Positions 1 to 8,183 of a DNA stretch of 64,000 nucleotides are shown piece after piece. The notes below the pieces were generated by a model. It did no database searches and was not told the origin of the DNA. It worked only from the letters and a program-made list of their open reading frames with translations. Made by a program: the position numbers and the translations under genes. The stretch is taken from IMG/VR virus record IMGVR_UViG_3300045988_121917, positions 1 to 64,000 of that record; one strand, given 5' to 3'. How positions within the stretch are numbered: the first letter of the stretch is position 1; each line of letters begins with the position of its first letter. The stretch comes from a virus.

Positions 1-74
1 AAAATATCTTAATTGATATTTTATAAAAAATATTATATAATATATATGTAATAATTAAAAAGGAATTGATACTA

Positions 75-416
75 ATGGGACGAAGAAATGGAAAAATGAT
101 AATCAATGATTTCTATTGTATGAATTGTGGTCATAAAAATATGAGTTTACCACGTCGTAATAGTCATCAACATGGTAGATTTCATAGAAAGAAAATGTAC
201 TGTGTATTTTGTAAACAAGAAGTAAATCATATCGAATGTAAATCATATGAAGATGTTCTTGAATTTAAAGAAAATTTTAAAAATGGGGCGTATAAAGATG
301 AAGCACAAGATTCTCTTTCTTATGTGCGGACCCGCAGGATCGGGCAAGACAACTTACGTCAAGAAGGAAATGGCACAGGCAATGACTTACAAGTGCGTAC
401 ATGTGTCAAGAGATGA
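75..416 (+). CDS. hypothetical zinc-ribbon protein (two CxxC pairs)
   Basis: ORF with AAAGGAA RBS before the ATG at 75. CMNCGH...CVFCK Cys pairs. The 3' part overlaps the next gene in another frame, so the true end is uncertain. Confidence 0.4.
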   Translation: MGRRNGKMIINDFYCMNCGHKNMSLPRRNSHQHGRFHRKKMYCVFCKQEVNHIECKSYEDVLEFKENFKNGAYKDEAQDSLSYVRTRRIGQDNLRQEGNGTGNDLQVRTCVKR

Positions 417-816
417 AGTAAGAGCTGAGTTCTTAAAAGAAGATGATAAAAACATCTTCAAGTATGAAGATGATGTCTTTGATGAATTCTGTAATAGAAT
501 TAAAAATGCTTTAAATGAAGCAACTGATGATATTGCAGTTTTTGCAGATGCAACTCATCTGAGTGAAAAAGCAAGAAATCGAGTTCTTGATAGACTTGAT
601 TTGGATGGAGTAGATATTATTCCAGTTGTATTTAATTTACCACTTGCTCAGATTCTTGCTCAGAATGAGAATCGAAAAGGAATGGGGCGTGCCTATGTTC
701 CAAGAGGAACAATCAGAAGAATGTTTTATACTTTTGATAAGCCAACTTACAATGAAAAATATACCTACAAACATATTTTGATTGTAGGAGATGCCGATAA
801 GGAGTATGTAGAATGA
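298..816 (+). CDS. P-loop kinase, polynucleotide-kinase-like (AAA_33-type)
   Basis: Walker A CGPAGSGKTT right after the Met. Size and layout resemble the T4 Pnk kinase domain. The start could instead be the ATG at 247. Confidence 0.6.
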   Translation: MKHKILFLMCGPAGSGKTTYVKKEMAQAMTYKCVHVSRDEVRAEFLKEDDKNIFKYEDDVFDEFCNRIKNALNEATDDIAVFADATHLSEKARNRVLDRLDLDGVDIIPVVFNLPLAQILAQNENRKGMGRAYVPRGTIRRMFYTFDKPTYNEKYTYKHILIVGDADKEYVE

Positions 817-1364
817 TTTATGTTACTTCAGACCTTCATTTTGGTCATTCGAAGCCATTCATTTATGAACCAAGAGGTTTTCCGAATATTAATGACCATG
901 ATGAAGAGATTATTAAAAAATGGAATGAGCTGGTGCGGCCGGAAGATGAAGTGTATATCTTAGGCGATTTAATGCTGAAAGATAATGAACATGGACTCGA
1001 ATGTTTAAAACGGCTGAATGGTAAAAAGTATTTTATCATTGGAAACCATGATACAAATACAAGAGTTAATCTTTATAAAGAAAATGGTCTTGAATGTCTT
1101 GGATATTCGACAGTTTTAAAATATAGAAAATATAATTTCTATATGAGTCATTATCCAACAATGACTGGTAATGTTGATGACTCAGGATTACATCATATGA
1201 CTTTAAACTTATTTGGTCATACTCATCAACAAGTTAATTTTTATGAAGATAATTTTTTCATGTATCATGTAGGAGTTGATTCTCATAATTGTTATCCAGT
1301 TTCACTTGATACAGTTATTGAAGATATAAAAAATAAATATGAGGAGTGTAAAGATATGCTATGA
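813..1364 (+). CDS. calcineurin-like metallophosphoesterase
   Basis: Motifs DLHFGH, GDLM and GNHD typical of metallophosphatases. AAGGAG RBS. ATGA overlap with the next gene. Confidence 0.7.
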   Translation: MIYVTSDLHFGHSKPFIYEPRGFPNINDHDEEIIKKWNELVRPEDEVYILGDLMLKDNEHGLECLKRLNGKKYFIIGNHDTNTRVNLYKENGLECLGYSTVLKYRKYNFYMSHYPTMTGNVDDSGLHHMTLNLFGHTHQQVNFYEDNFFMYHVGVDSHNCYPVSLDTVIEDIKNKYEECKDML

Positions 1365-1630
1365 GCCATTTAATTGGGTATAAGAGCTATGACAGCTCTA
1401 CAAAAGAGTCCCAAATTTTACGAGATTTAAACAGTTTTGCTTATGACCCGCAAGAATCAAGTGGGTATCATGGAAATTTAACTTTTCATAAAAATGCAGT
1501 TTATAAAAATAAAACTGAAGCTGTTCAAAAACTTAAAAGTTTGGTAACAACGTCATATGATGACCATGCTGTTCTTTATAAAGAAGACGGCAAAGAATAT
1601 TGGTTAGTAAAATATGAGTATCATTGTTGA
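1361..1630 (+). CDS. hypothetical protein
   Basis: 89-aa ORF translationally coupled to the upstream gene. Confidence 0.45.
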   Translation: MSHLIGYKSYDSSTKESQILRDLNSFAYDPQESSGYHGNLTFHKNAVYKNKTEAVQKLKSLVTTSYDDHAVLYKEDGKEYWLVKYEYHC

Positions 1631-1678
1631 ACCTTGAAAATTAAATAAATTATTATAAGAGAAAAAGGAGCTAAGTAC

Positions 1679-3211
1679 ATGAATATTTTAAGTTCAATTT
1701 TTCCATTTATCCCTGTAATTATTATTGCAGTGGCATTGATTGTGATCCTTGCGACAGGATATGTAAAGTCCTCACCTGATGTAGCTTATATCATCTCTGG
1801 TCCGCACAAGAAACCTCGAATCTTGATTGGTAAATCCGGTATTAAGATTCCTTTCTTTGAGAAACTCGATAAGTTGTCTCTTGGTGCGATTCAGATTGAT
1901 GTAAAAACTCGTACCGCTGTTCCAACAGCAGAATACATTAACGTAAAAGTTGATTCTACTGTTTCTGTACAGGTTGGAAGAACTGATGAAATGATTGCAC
2001 TTGCGGCTCAGAACTTCTTGAATGTTAAACGTGAAGTAATTGCAGAAAGAATCAATGACCTTTTGGAAGGTAATATTCGTGAAATCGTTGGTCAGATGAA
2101 ACTGACTGAGATGGTATCTGATAGAAAATCGTTTAGCGAAAAAGTCCAGCAGAATGTAGTTCCTGATCTTGCCAGATTCGGACTTGAGCTTGTTTCCTTT
2201 AATGTTCAGAACTTTTCTGATGAGGGTGGCGTTATTGATAACTTAGGTATTGATAACGTTGAGCAGATTAGAAAGAATGCAGCAATCGCTAAGTCTGATG
2301 CACAGAGAGAAATCGCTGTTGCTGAAGCAGCCAATGCAAAGAAATCTAATGATGCTAAGGTTCAGGCAGCTGAGGAAATTGCAGTTTGTAACAACGAGTT
2401 CGAGATGAAACAGGCAGACCTCAAGAAAACTGCTGATACTGCAAAGGCTCAGGCTAATGCGGCACAGGCAATTGAGGAAGAGAAACAGCGTCAGTTAAGA
2501 GACGTTGCTGCTACTGAAGCAGATATTGCTCGTCAGGAAAAGCAGATTGAGTTGAAAGAAAGAGAAGTTGCTATTAAAGAGCGTGCTCTGGAAGCTGAAG
2601 TTAAGAAAACTGCTGAAGCTGAGAAGTATGCAGCACAGCAGAGGGCAGATGCTAAACTGTATGAGACTCAGAAGAAATCTGAAGCTGAGTTGTTCGAGAG
2701 AACAAAACAGGCAGAAGCTGCGCTTGCAGAAGCACAGAGAGATGCAGATGCTAAGAAAGCTCTTGCAGAAGCCGTAAAAGCACAGGGTGAAGCTGATGCA
2801 GCTGCAGCAAAAGTAAAAGGTGAAGCAGAAGCTGCTGCTATTAGAGCTAAACTTGAAGCTGAGGCTGAAGGTCTTCAGAAGAAGGCAGAGGCTATGAAGC
2901 AGTATGGTGAAGCTGCTAAGCAGGACATGCAGTTACAGGCACTTAAAGTGTACTTCGAGCAGTTACCGGCAATTGCTGAAGCTGTTGGTAAAGGATACAC
3001 AAATGTTGATAAGATTATGATGTTCGGTGGAGACACCTCTAAGCTTGCTGGTGACATCATGACCAATGTAACTCAGGTATCTGAAGGACTGAGTGAATCT
3101 CTTGGAATCGACCTGAAGGCTCTTCTGGCTGGTTTCATGGGTGGTAACTTAGCCGCAAACAAAGGCGTAACTATTAACGCTGATACAGTTGTTGCTCCGA
3201 CTGAAGAGTAA
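1679..3211 (+). CDS. SPFH/band-7 flotillin-like protein
   Basis: N-terminal TM segment, SPFH-like core, and a long Ala/Glu/Lys-rich coiled coil typical of flotillin/YqiK. Strong RBS AAAAGGAG. Locally GC-richer codon usage. Confidence 0.7.
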   Translation: MNILSSIFPFIPVIIIAVALIVILATGYVKSSPDVAYIISGPHKKPRILIGKSGIKIPFFEKLDKLSLGAIQIDVKTRTAVPTAEYINVKVDSTVSVQVGRTDEMIALAAQNFLNVKREVIAERINDLLEGNIREIVGQMKLTEMVSDRKSFSEKVQQNVVPDLARFGLELVSFNVQNFSDEGGVIDNLGIDNVEQIRKNAAIAKSDAQREIAVAEAANAKKSNDAKVQAAEEIAVCNNEFEMKQADLKKTADTAKAQANAAQAIEEEKQRQLRDVAATEADIARQEKQIELKEREVAIKERALEAEVKKTAEAEKYAAQQRADAKLYETQKKSEAELFERTKQAEAALAEAQRDADAKKALAEAVKAQGEADAAAAKVKGEAEAAAIRAKLEAEAEGLQKKAEAMKQYGEAAKQDMQLQALKVYFEQLPAIAEAVGKGYTNVDKIMMFGGDTSKLAGDIMTNVTQVSEGLSESLGIDLKALLAGFMGGNLAANKGVTINADTVVAPTEE

Positions 3212-3216
3212 TTAAC

Positions 3217-3249
3217 TGAGAGGGGCTTTTAAGCCCCTCTTTTTTTTAT
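3217..3249 (+). terminator. rho-independent terminator
   Basis: GAGAGGGGCTTTTAAGCCCCTCT hairpin followed by a T8 run. Confidence 0.85.
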
Positions 3250-3263
3250 AGAAAGGATTAAGT

Positions 3264-3650
3264 ATGGAAATTATTTATTTTGAAATTAATGATTGGAGTC
3301 CAGGAAGAGATTATCCAGATTGTAAGCCATTCGACACTTGGTTCGATGTTGATAATTTAACTTTTAGAAATGAGCAATGGTTGATTGAAAATAAAATTAT
3401 TGTGGTTGAAACAATAATTGATATGTCATTAAATTATTGCGTTACAGCTCCAAAAGAATGGGTTGAGAAAAACTGTCCTTGTATTTTAAATTCTAAATTT
3501 ATTAGAGAGCCAAATGAAAATAATGAAGTATTCGGAAGATTTGGTTGCCCTTTCAAACCTTATACTGAAGAAAATTTAGGATACTGGTTTGCGGGCTGGG
3601 ATGAATTCGGGAAATGGAATCCTAAGCGGCTGGATGAAATAGAGTCTTAA
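3264..3650 (+). CDS. hypothetical protein
   Basis: 128-aa ORF with AAAGGA RBS. Confidence 0.5.
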   Translation: MEIIYFEINDWSPGRDYPDCKPFDTWFDVDNLTFRNEQWLIENKIIVVETIIDMSLNYCVTAPKEWVEKNCPCILNSKFIREPNENNEVFGRFGCPFKPYTEENLGYWFAGWDEFGKWNPKRLDEIES

Positions 3651-3667
3651 AAGACTCTATTTTTTTG
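3639..3667 (+). terminator. rho-independent terminator
   Basis: ATAGAGTCTTAAAAGACTCTAT hairpin overlapping the stop codon, then a T7 run. Confidence 0.8.
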
Positions 3668-3758
3668 TGCCAGAAAATTCGGGCTCGTAGGCGCCCTCAG
3701 CGGTCGTTGCCGCTTAAAAATCGCACCTACCAATTTTTTTTAGCAAAATGTCCCCTTT

Positions 3759-3787
3759 TTGATTTTCCCTTATTTTTGTGATATAAT
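3759..3787 (+). promoter_or_regulatory. sigma70-type promoter TTGATT-N17-TGaTATAAT
   Basis: -35 at 3759-3764, 17-nt spacer, extended -10 at 3779-3787, then RBS AAGGAGG of the gene at 3817. Confidence 0.65.
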
Positions 3788-3816
3788 GTTTTTATATAAT
3801 ATAAGGAGGACTTAAT

Positions 3817-4275
3817 ATGAGACAAGAACCTAAGTTCTACTGGGACGATACTACTAAAACTGCAACTTGCATTTTAGCAGATGAAAATAATATATTTACA
3901 GGTATTGCCAGCGTACATCCAGATGATATGGATATGGCTAATGAAAAAACTGGATATCAAATCGCTTTATGGAGAGCAGAAATTAAATATTATACTCATG
4001 TTCGTGACAATGAGTTAAAGCCAGCTCTTAAAGCATTAAAAAAAGTGATGGATGAAATGAAGTATAGTAAAAATTTTAATCCAAAATCTTACGAAAATAG
4101 GTCTTTGCAGAGAAACTTCTATCAAGTAGAATCTGACTTAGATACAGTTCGTGATTTGCTAGCTCATACTAAGCAAAAACTTAAACAGTATATTTCTGAA
4201 AAAGAAAAATTCTATCAAAAAATTAGAGCCAATAGAACAAAGAAGAACGATGTAGGACAAAAACCTTCAATTTAA
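3817..4275 (+). CDS. hypothetical protein
   Basis: 152-aa ORF with strong RBS AAGGAGG. Confidence 0.5.
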   Translation: MRQEPKFYWDDTTKTATCILADENNIFTGIASVHPDDMDMANEKTGYQIALWRAEIKYYTHVRDNELKPALKALKKVMDEMKYSKNFNPKSYENRSLQRNFYQVESDLDTVRDLLAHTKQKLKQYISEKEKFYQKIRANRTKKNDVGQKPSI

Positions 4276-4323
4276 TCTCTCTATTTTCAAATATATATAT
4301 AAGGAGTTAAAAAGGAGGAATGA

Positions 4324-4572
4324 ATGATTCAAAACTTAATATTTTTTATTTTAGGAATAATTTTTATTGAATTAATAATTCCTGTAATAGAGGCTCTAAC
4401 AATAGTAATTGTCACTGCTTTAGAGGTTGCTAAAGGCAAACTAAACATGATAATTTCTAAATATAATATACAAATCCAAAAAATGTCAGAAGAACTTGAG
4501 CCAGAAAATACACCCACTATTGGGTTTGTAGTACAAAATAATGAACCAGAGGAAGAAGAGGAAGACGAATGA
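4324..4572 (+). CDS. small membrane protein with acidic tail
   Basis: Hydrophobic N-terminus (LIFFILGIIFIELIIPVIEALTIVIV), C-terminal EEEEDE. RBS AAGGAGG. Confidence 0.4.
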   Translation: MIQNLIFFILGIIFIELIIPVIEALTIVIVTALEVAKGKLNMIISKYNIQIQKMSEELEPENTPTIGFVVQNNEPEEEEEDE

Positions 4573-5816
4573 AATTTTATGACACATGTGCATTATTAGA
4601 TAACTTTGAAACTATGCCAGAAGAGAAGTTCATCATATCTTCTATTACATTAGCGGAACTTGAGAAGATTAAAACATCAACTTCTAAAGATTCTGAAGTT
4701 AAATATATTGCAAGGAAAATCCTATCTTTTTTAAATGCTAATCCCGCAGAATATGAAGTTGTATTATATAAAACATTTTTTATTTATCCCTTTACTGAAA
4801 AAGGATTTGAAGTAAATAATGATATTAAAATTTTAGCAACTGCATATTCTTATTTCAATAATTTAAAAATAAGCGAAAGAGAAAATTTTTTCTTTGTAAC
4901 GAATGATTTAACTTTAAAAGTTACTGCTACAGCATTTTTACCAGATCAATGTATTGTATCTATGTATCCTCCAAAAGATGATTATAGTGGATATAAAGAA
5001 ATTATAATGGATGATGAAATGATGTCTGATTTTTATTCTAATCCCACTGAGAATATTTATGATTTAAAAGTAAATGAATATATTATTGTAAAAAATAAAG
5101 ATGGAAAACCTGTTGACTCTGCTGTATGGACAGGTTCTGAATATCGTCATACTCAATTTAGAAGTTTTAATTCTAAATGGTTTGGTGAAGTTAAACCACT
5201 TAAAGGAGATATTTATCAGACCCTTGTCGCAGATAGCTTTACAAATAATAAAATAACTCTGGTAAAAGGACCTGCGGGATCGGGTAAAACATACCTATCT
5301 CTTGGATACTTAATGAGCCAATTAGAGCGTGGCAAGATTGATAAAATTATTATTTTCTGTAATACAGTTGCTACAAAAAATTCTGCTAAATTAGGATATT
5401 TACCAGGTACTAAAGATGAAAAACTTTTAGATTCACAAATTGGAAATGTCCTTGCAAGTAAAATAGGAAGTCGAATTGAATTAGAAAGATTAATGGATGA
5501 AGAACAAATTGTTTTACTTCCATTCTCTGATATTAGAGGTTATGACACTACTGGAATGAATGCTGGGATATATATTTCAGAAGCTCAAAATCTTGATATT
5601 ACACTTATGAAACTTGCTTTACAAAGAATTGGTGAAGATAGCATATGTATTATAGATGGAGATGAAAAAGCGCAAGTTGATGATATTGCATTTGCCGGAA
5701 ATAATAATGGTATGAGACGAGTATCAAAAGTCTATCGAGGCGAAGATATATATGGTGAAATTGAATTAAAAATGATTCATCGTTCTAAAATTGCTAAAAT
5801 TGCAGAAAGATTATAA
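4569..5816 (+). CDS. phoH: PIN-domain / PhoH-like ATPase fusion (YlaK-like)
   Basis: N-terminal PIN-like region, then Walker A GPAGSGKT and the PhoH motif LGYLPGTKDEKL. Confidence 0.75.
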   Translation: MKFYDTCALLDNFETMPEEKFIISSITLAELEKIKTSTSKDSEVKYIARKILSFLNANPAEYEVVLYKTFFIYPFTEKGFEVNNDIKILATAYSYFNNLKISERENFFFVTNDLTLKVTATAFLPDQCIVSMYPPKDDYSGYKEIIMDDEMMSDFYSNPTENIYDLKVNEYIIVKNKDGKPVDSAVWTGSEYRHTQFRSFNSKWFGEVKPLKGDIYQTLVADSFTNNKITLVKGPAGSGKTYLSLGYLMSQLERGKIDKIIIFCNTVATKNSAKLGYLPGTKDEKLLDSQIGNVLASKIGSRIELERLMDEEQIVLLPFSDIRGYDTTGMNAGIYISEAQNLDITLMKLALQRIGEDSICIIDGDEKAQVDDIAFAGNNNGMRRVSKVYRGEDIYGEIELKMIHRSKIAKIAERL

Positions 5817-5820
5817 TATA

Positions 5821-5860
5821 AACCAGAAGAGATTAATATCTCTTCTGGTTTATTTATTTA
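5821..5860 (+). terminator. rho-independent terminator
   Basis: AACCAGAAGAGAT-TAAT-ATCTCTTCTGGTT hairpin followed by a T-rich tract. Confidence 0.8.
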
Positions 5861-5920
5861 TAATGGAAACATGTTAAAACTTTTGAATAAGATATTTTGA
5901 AAGAGGAGGTTTATACAAAT

Positions 5921-7624
5921 ATGGCTTCAATTGAAAAAAATATTTGGGATTATCTAATTAAAGAAATTAATAATCCATATGGTGTTGCCGGATTAATGGG
6001 TAATATCTATGCTGAGTCTGGTATGATTCCAAATAGAGTAGAAGTTTTATGCTTAAATAGATTAAAAGAACATGGTCAAGTATGGAATGATTCTACTTAT
6101 ACTGCGGCAGTTGATAATGGAAAAATCTCAAGAGAAACTTTTCTGCATCCACTCCCTAATAAGCAATATGGATATGGGCTTTGCCAATGGACAAGTCCAG
6201 GTCGTAAAGCAGGATTATATGATTTAGCAAAAATGAAACAAGCTTCTATTGGCAATGAATTAATTCAATTGCAATGGCTTATGACTGAATTAAAAAATAA
6301 TTATTCTACAGTTTTATCAACTTTAAAAAATGCAACAAGTGTAAGACAAGCTTCTGATATTGTATTAACTCGTTTTGAATGTCCTGCTAATACAGGTGAA
6401 ACTGTTAAAGCAACAAGAGCTAAATATGGTCAGAGGTATTATGATGCATATGCATCTAATAAAGGAGGAAACTCAATAGTGGCAAATTATAATAACTATA
6501 TTAATTCTACTGGTACTCATTATATTTCTAATTCAGGTTCAGATGAAAATGGTGGATATCATAGCGGAAGAGCTGGTGACCAGACTGGTAGAGAATGGTA
6601 CTTACGTTCTTGGTATAATAGACCATGGAATTGTGTATTAAGATATGAAAAAGACCCAAGAGTCGGTCAAAAAATGGCTGAATTAAGCTGTGCAGCAGCT
6701 CTTAATAATTTAGTTGGTTATGACCAATATGAAAGAGATACTTATTGGGCTCATTTAAAAGCATCTAACTATGATCCTGCTCAAATCACTATTGCATGTG
6801 AGGCAGACTGCTCCGCAGGAGTAATTGCTAATATTAGAGCAGTAGGATATTTACTTGGCATTCCAGCTTTACAAAATATTAATGCAAGTTATACTGGTAA
6901 TATGAGAGCCGGTTTTAAAGCTGCTGGATTTACTGTTTTAACAGCAGATAAATATCTTTCTGGATATGATTATTTACTTCCTGGAGATATTTTACTTAAT
7001 GATGCCCATCATACAGCAACAAATGTTACAAGAGGACGTTTAGCAGCTAATTCTAACTCACTACAACAAAGCCCAGCTCCAGAAAAAACTAATACTACTT
7101 ATGTTGGAAAAGGAATTGGTACTGCAACTGCAAAAACTGAGATGAATATTAGAAGTAATTCCAATACAAATAGCTCTTCTTATGGAACTATTTCTAAAGG
7201 AACTAAAGTAGAAGTATTAGAGATTTTATCTAATGGCTGGTATAAAATTGTATGGCCAGGTGCTTCATGCGGTTATGCTTATACTTCTAATTCTACTAAA
7301 ACTTATTATTCATATGTAGCTAAAAAGAAGGCTCCTACAATTACTAAACCAAAACCATCCAGTAGTAAAAGTATAACTGCAAAAGAAGGCGCAACTGACT
7401 TTAATAAATCTCTTGCAGGCACATATTATACAACAGCTGATTTAAATATCCGCCATGGAGCAGGTACATCTAAGGCTCTTATGGTTACAATTCCAAAAGG
7501 AACAAAAGTAGCTAATTATGGATATTACTCAGTTAGCAACGGTTGTAAATGGCTATATGTCCAATTCACATATAAGAACGTAACTTATACAGGATTTGCT
7601 TCAAGCACATATTTACGTAAATAA
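5921..7624 (+). CDS. endolysin / peptidoglycan hydrolase (phage tail-lysozyme-type catalytic domain plus SH3b-like wall-binding repeats)
   Basis: N-terminal region (AGLMGNIYAESG, GLCQWTSPGRK) resembles phage lysozyme-like domains. C-terminal repeated SH3b-like segments (GTKV...NGWYK, GTKVANYGYYSVSNGCKWLYV). RBS AAAGAGGAGG. The ORF-track TTG at 5897 is probably not the start. Confidence 0.6.
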   Translation: MASIEKNIWDYLIKEINNPYGVAGLMGNIYAESGMIPNRVEVLCLNRLKEHGQVWNDSTYTAAVDNGKISRETFLHPLPNKQYGYGLCQWTSPGRKAGLYDLAKMKQASIGNELIQLQWLMTELKNNYSTVLSTLKNATSVRQASDIVLTRFECPANTGETVKATRAKYGQRYYDAYASNKGGNSIVANYNNYINSTGTHYISNSGSDENGGYHSGRAGDQTGREWYLRSWYNRPWNCVLRYEKDPRVGQKMAELSCAAALNNLVGYDQYERDTYWAHLKASNYDPAQITIACEADCSAGVIANIRAVGYLLGIPALQNINASYTGNMRAGFKAAGFTVLTADKYLSGYDYLLPGDILLNDAHHTATNVTRGRLAANSNSLQQSPAPEKTNTTYVGKGIGTATAKTEMNIRSNSNTNSSSYGTISKGTKVEVLEILSNGWYKIVWPGASCGYAYTSNSTKTYYSYVAKKKAPTITKPKPSSSKSITAKEGATDFNKSLAGTYYTTADLNIRHGAGTSKALMVTIPKGTKVANYGYYSVSNGCKWLYVQFTYKNVTYTGFASSTYLRK

Positions 7625-7626
7625 TT

Positions 7627-8028
7627 ATGACTAAAGAAGAACGTGATATAACTATTAAAGAACGTCGCTGGCAAAGAGAAAAAGAAGTTCTTGAAAGAAA
7701 ATATAAATTAAAACAAGAAAAAAGAGAATTTAAAAAACAATTCCTTCCTAAAATATCTACTTCAAAACTCCTTATTCTTTTCTTGTTTATAAATTGCACA
7801 ATTATAGAACTTTTCACAGGCTTTGTAACTTTAAAGAGTCTTGATTTAACAACTCTTACCATGGCGAATCCAGACTTTACTCCATTAGTAGCATTAATAG
7901 GTGCAGTCGTGAGTGAGGTCGTAGGATATGCGGTCTATGCATTGAAGTCCGCAAAAGAGAATACTGTAGGTGGTATTACATACGAAGCAGCAATGCGTCA
8001 AATTGACGAAGATAAAGCTAAAGGATAA
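7627..8028 (+). CDS. putative holin-like membrane protein
   Basis: Highly charged N-terminus followed by two predicted TM helices, located immediately after the endolysin. Confidence 0.35.
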   Translation: MTKEERDITIKERRWQREKEVLERKYKLKQEKREFKKQFLPKISTSKLLILFLFINCTIIELFTGFVTLKSLDLTTLTMANPDFTPLVALIGAVVSEVVGYAVYALKSAKENTVGGITYEAAMRQIDEDKAKG

Positions 8029-8039
8029 TTGATTTTTAA

Positions 8040-8081
8040 CCCTAAAAGAGAAGATTTTTCTCTTTTAGGGTATTTTTTTTT
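8040..8081 (+). terminator. rho-independent terminator
   Basis: CCCTAAAAGAGAAGATTTTTCTCTTTTAGGG hairpin plus a T10 run. Confidence 0.85.
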
Positions 8082-8104
8082 GACCGTAACTAAAATTTTA
8101 AGAA

Positions 8105-8133
8105 TTGATTTTATTATTTTTTTATGCTATAAT
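8105..8133 (+). promoter_or_regulatory. sigma70-type promoter TTGATT-N17-TGcTATAAT
   Basis: -35 at 8105-8110, -10 at 8128-8133, upstream of the gyrB-like gene. Confidence 0.6.
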
Positions 8134-8183
8134 ATATATATGATAAGAAAAAATGATGATTTTAAAGTTGAAAGGAGATTTAT

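Noticed and set aside
2568-3066. ORFs 2568-2777 (+) and 2875-3066 (-) inside the flotillin gene
   Set aside because: They are alternative-frame artefacts of the biased Ala/Glu/Lys repeat region and are fully contained in a well-supported gene.
5897-5920. ORF-track starts at non-ATG codons (TTG at 66, 5897, 26496, 46932 and 63876)
   Set aside because: Downstream ATGs with canonical AGGAGG-type RBSs at 5-10 nt are better supported. Only 22546 (TTG), 23063 (GTG) and 39882 (TTG) were kept as non-ATG starts, because the RBS placement demands them.
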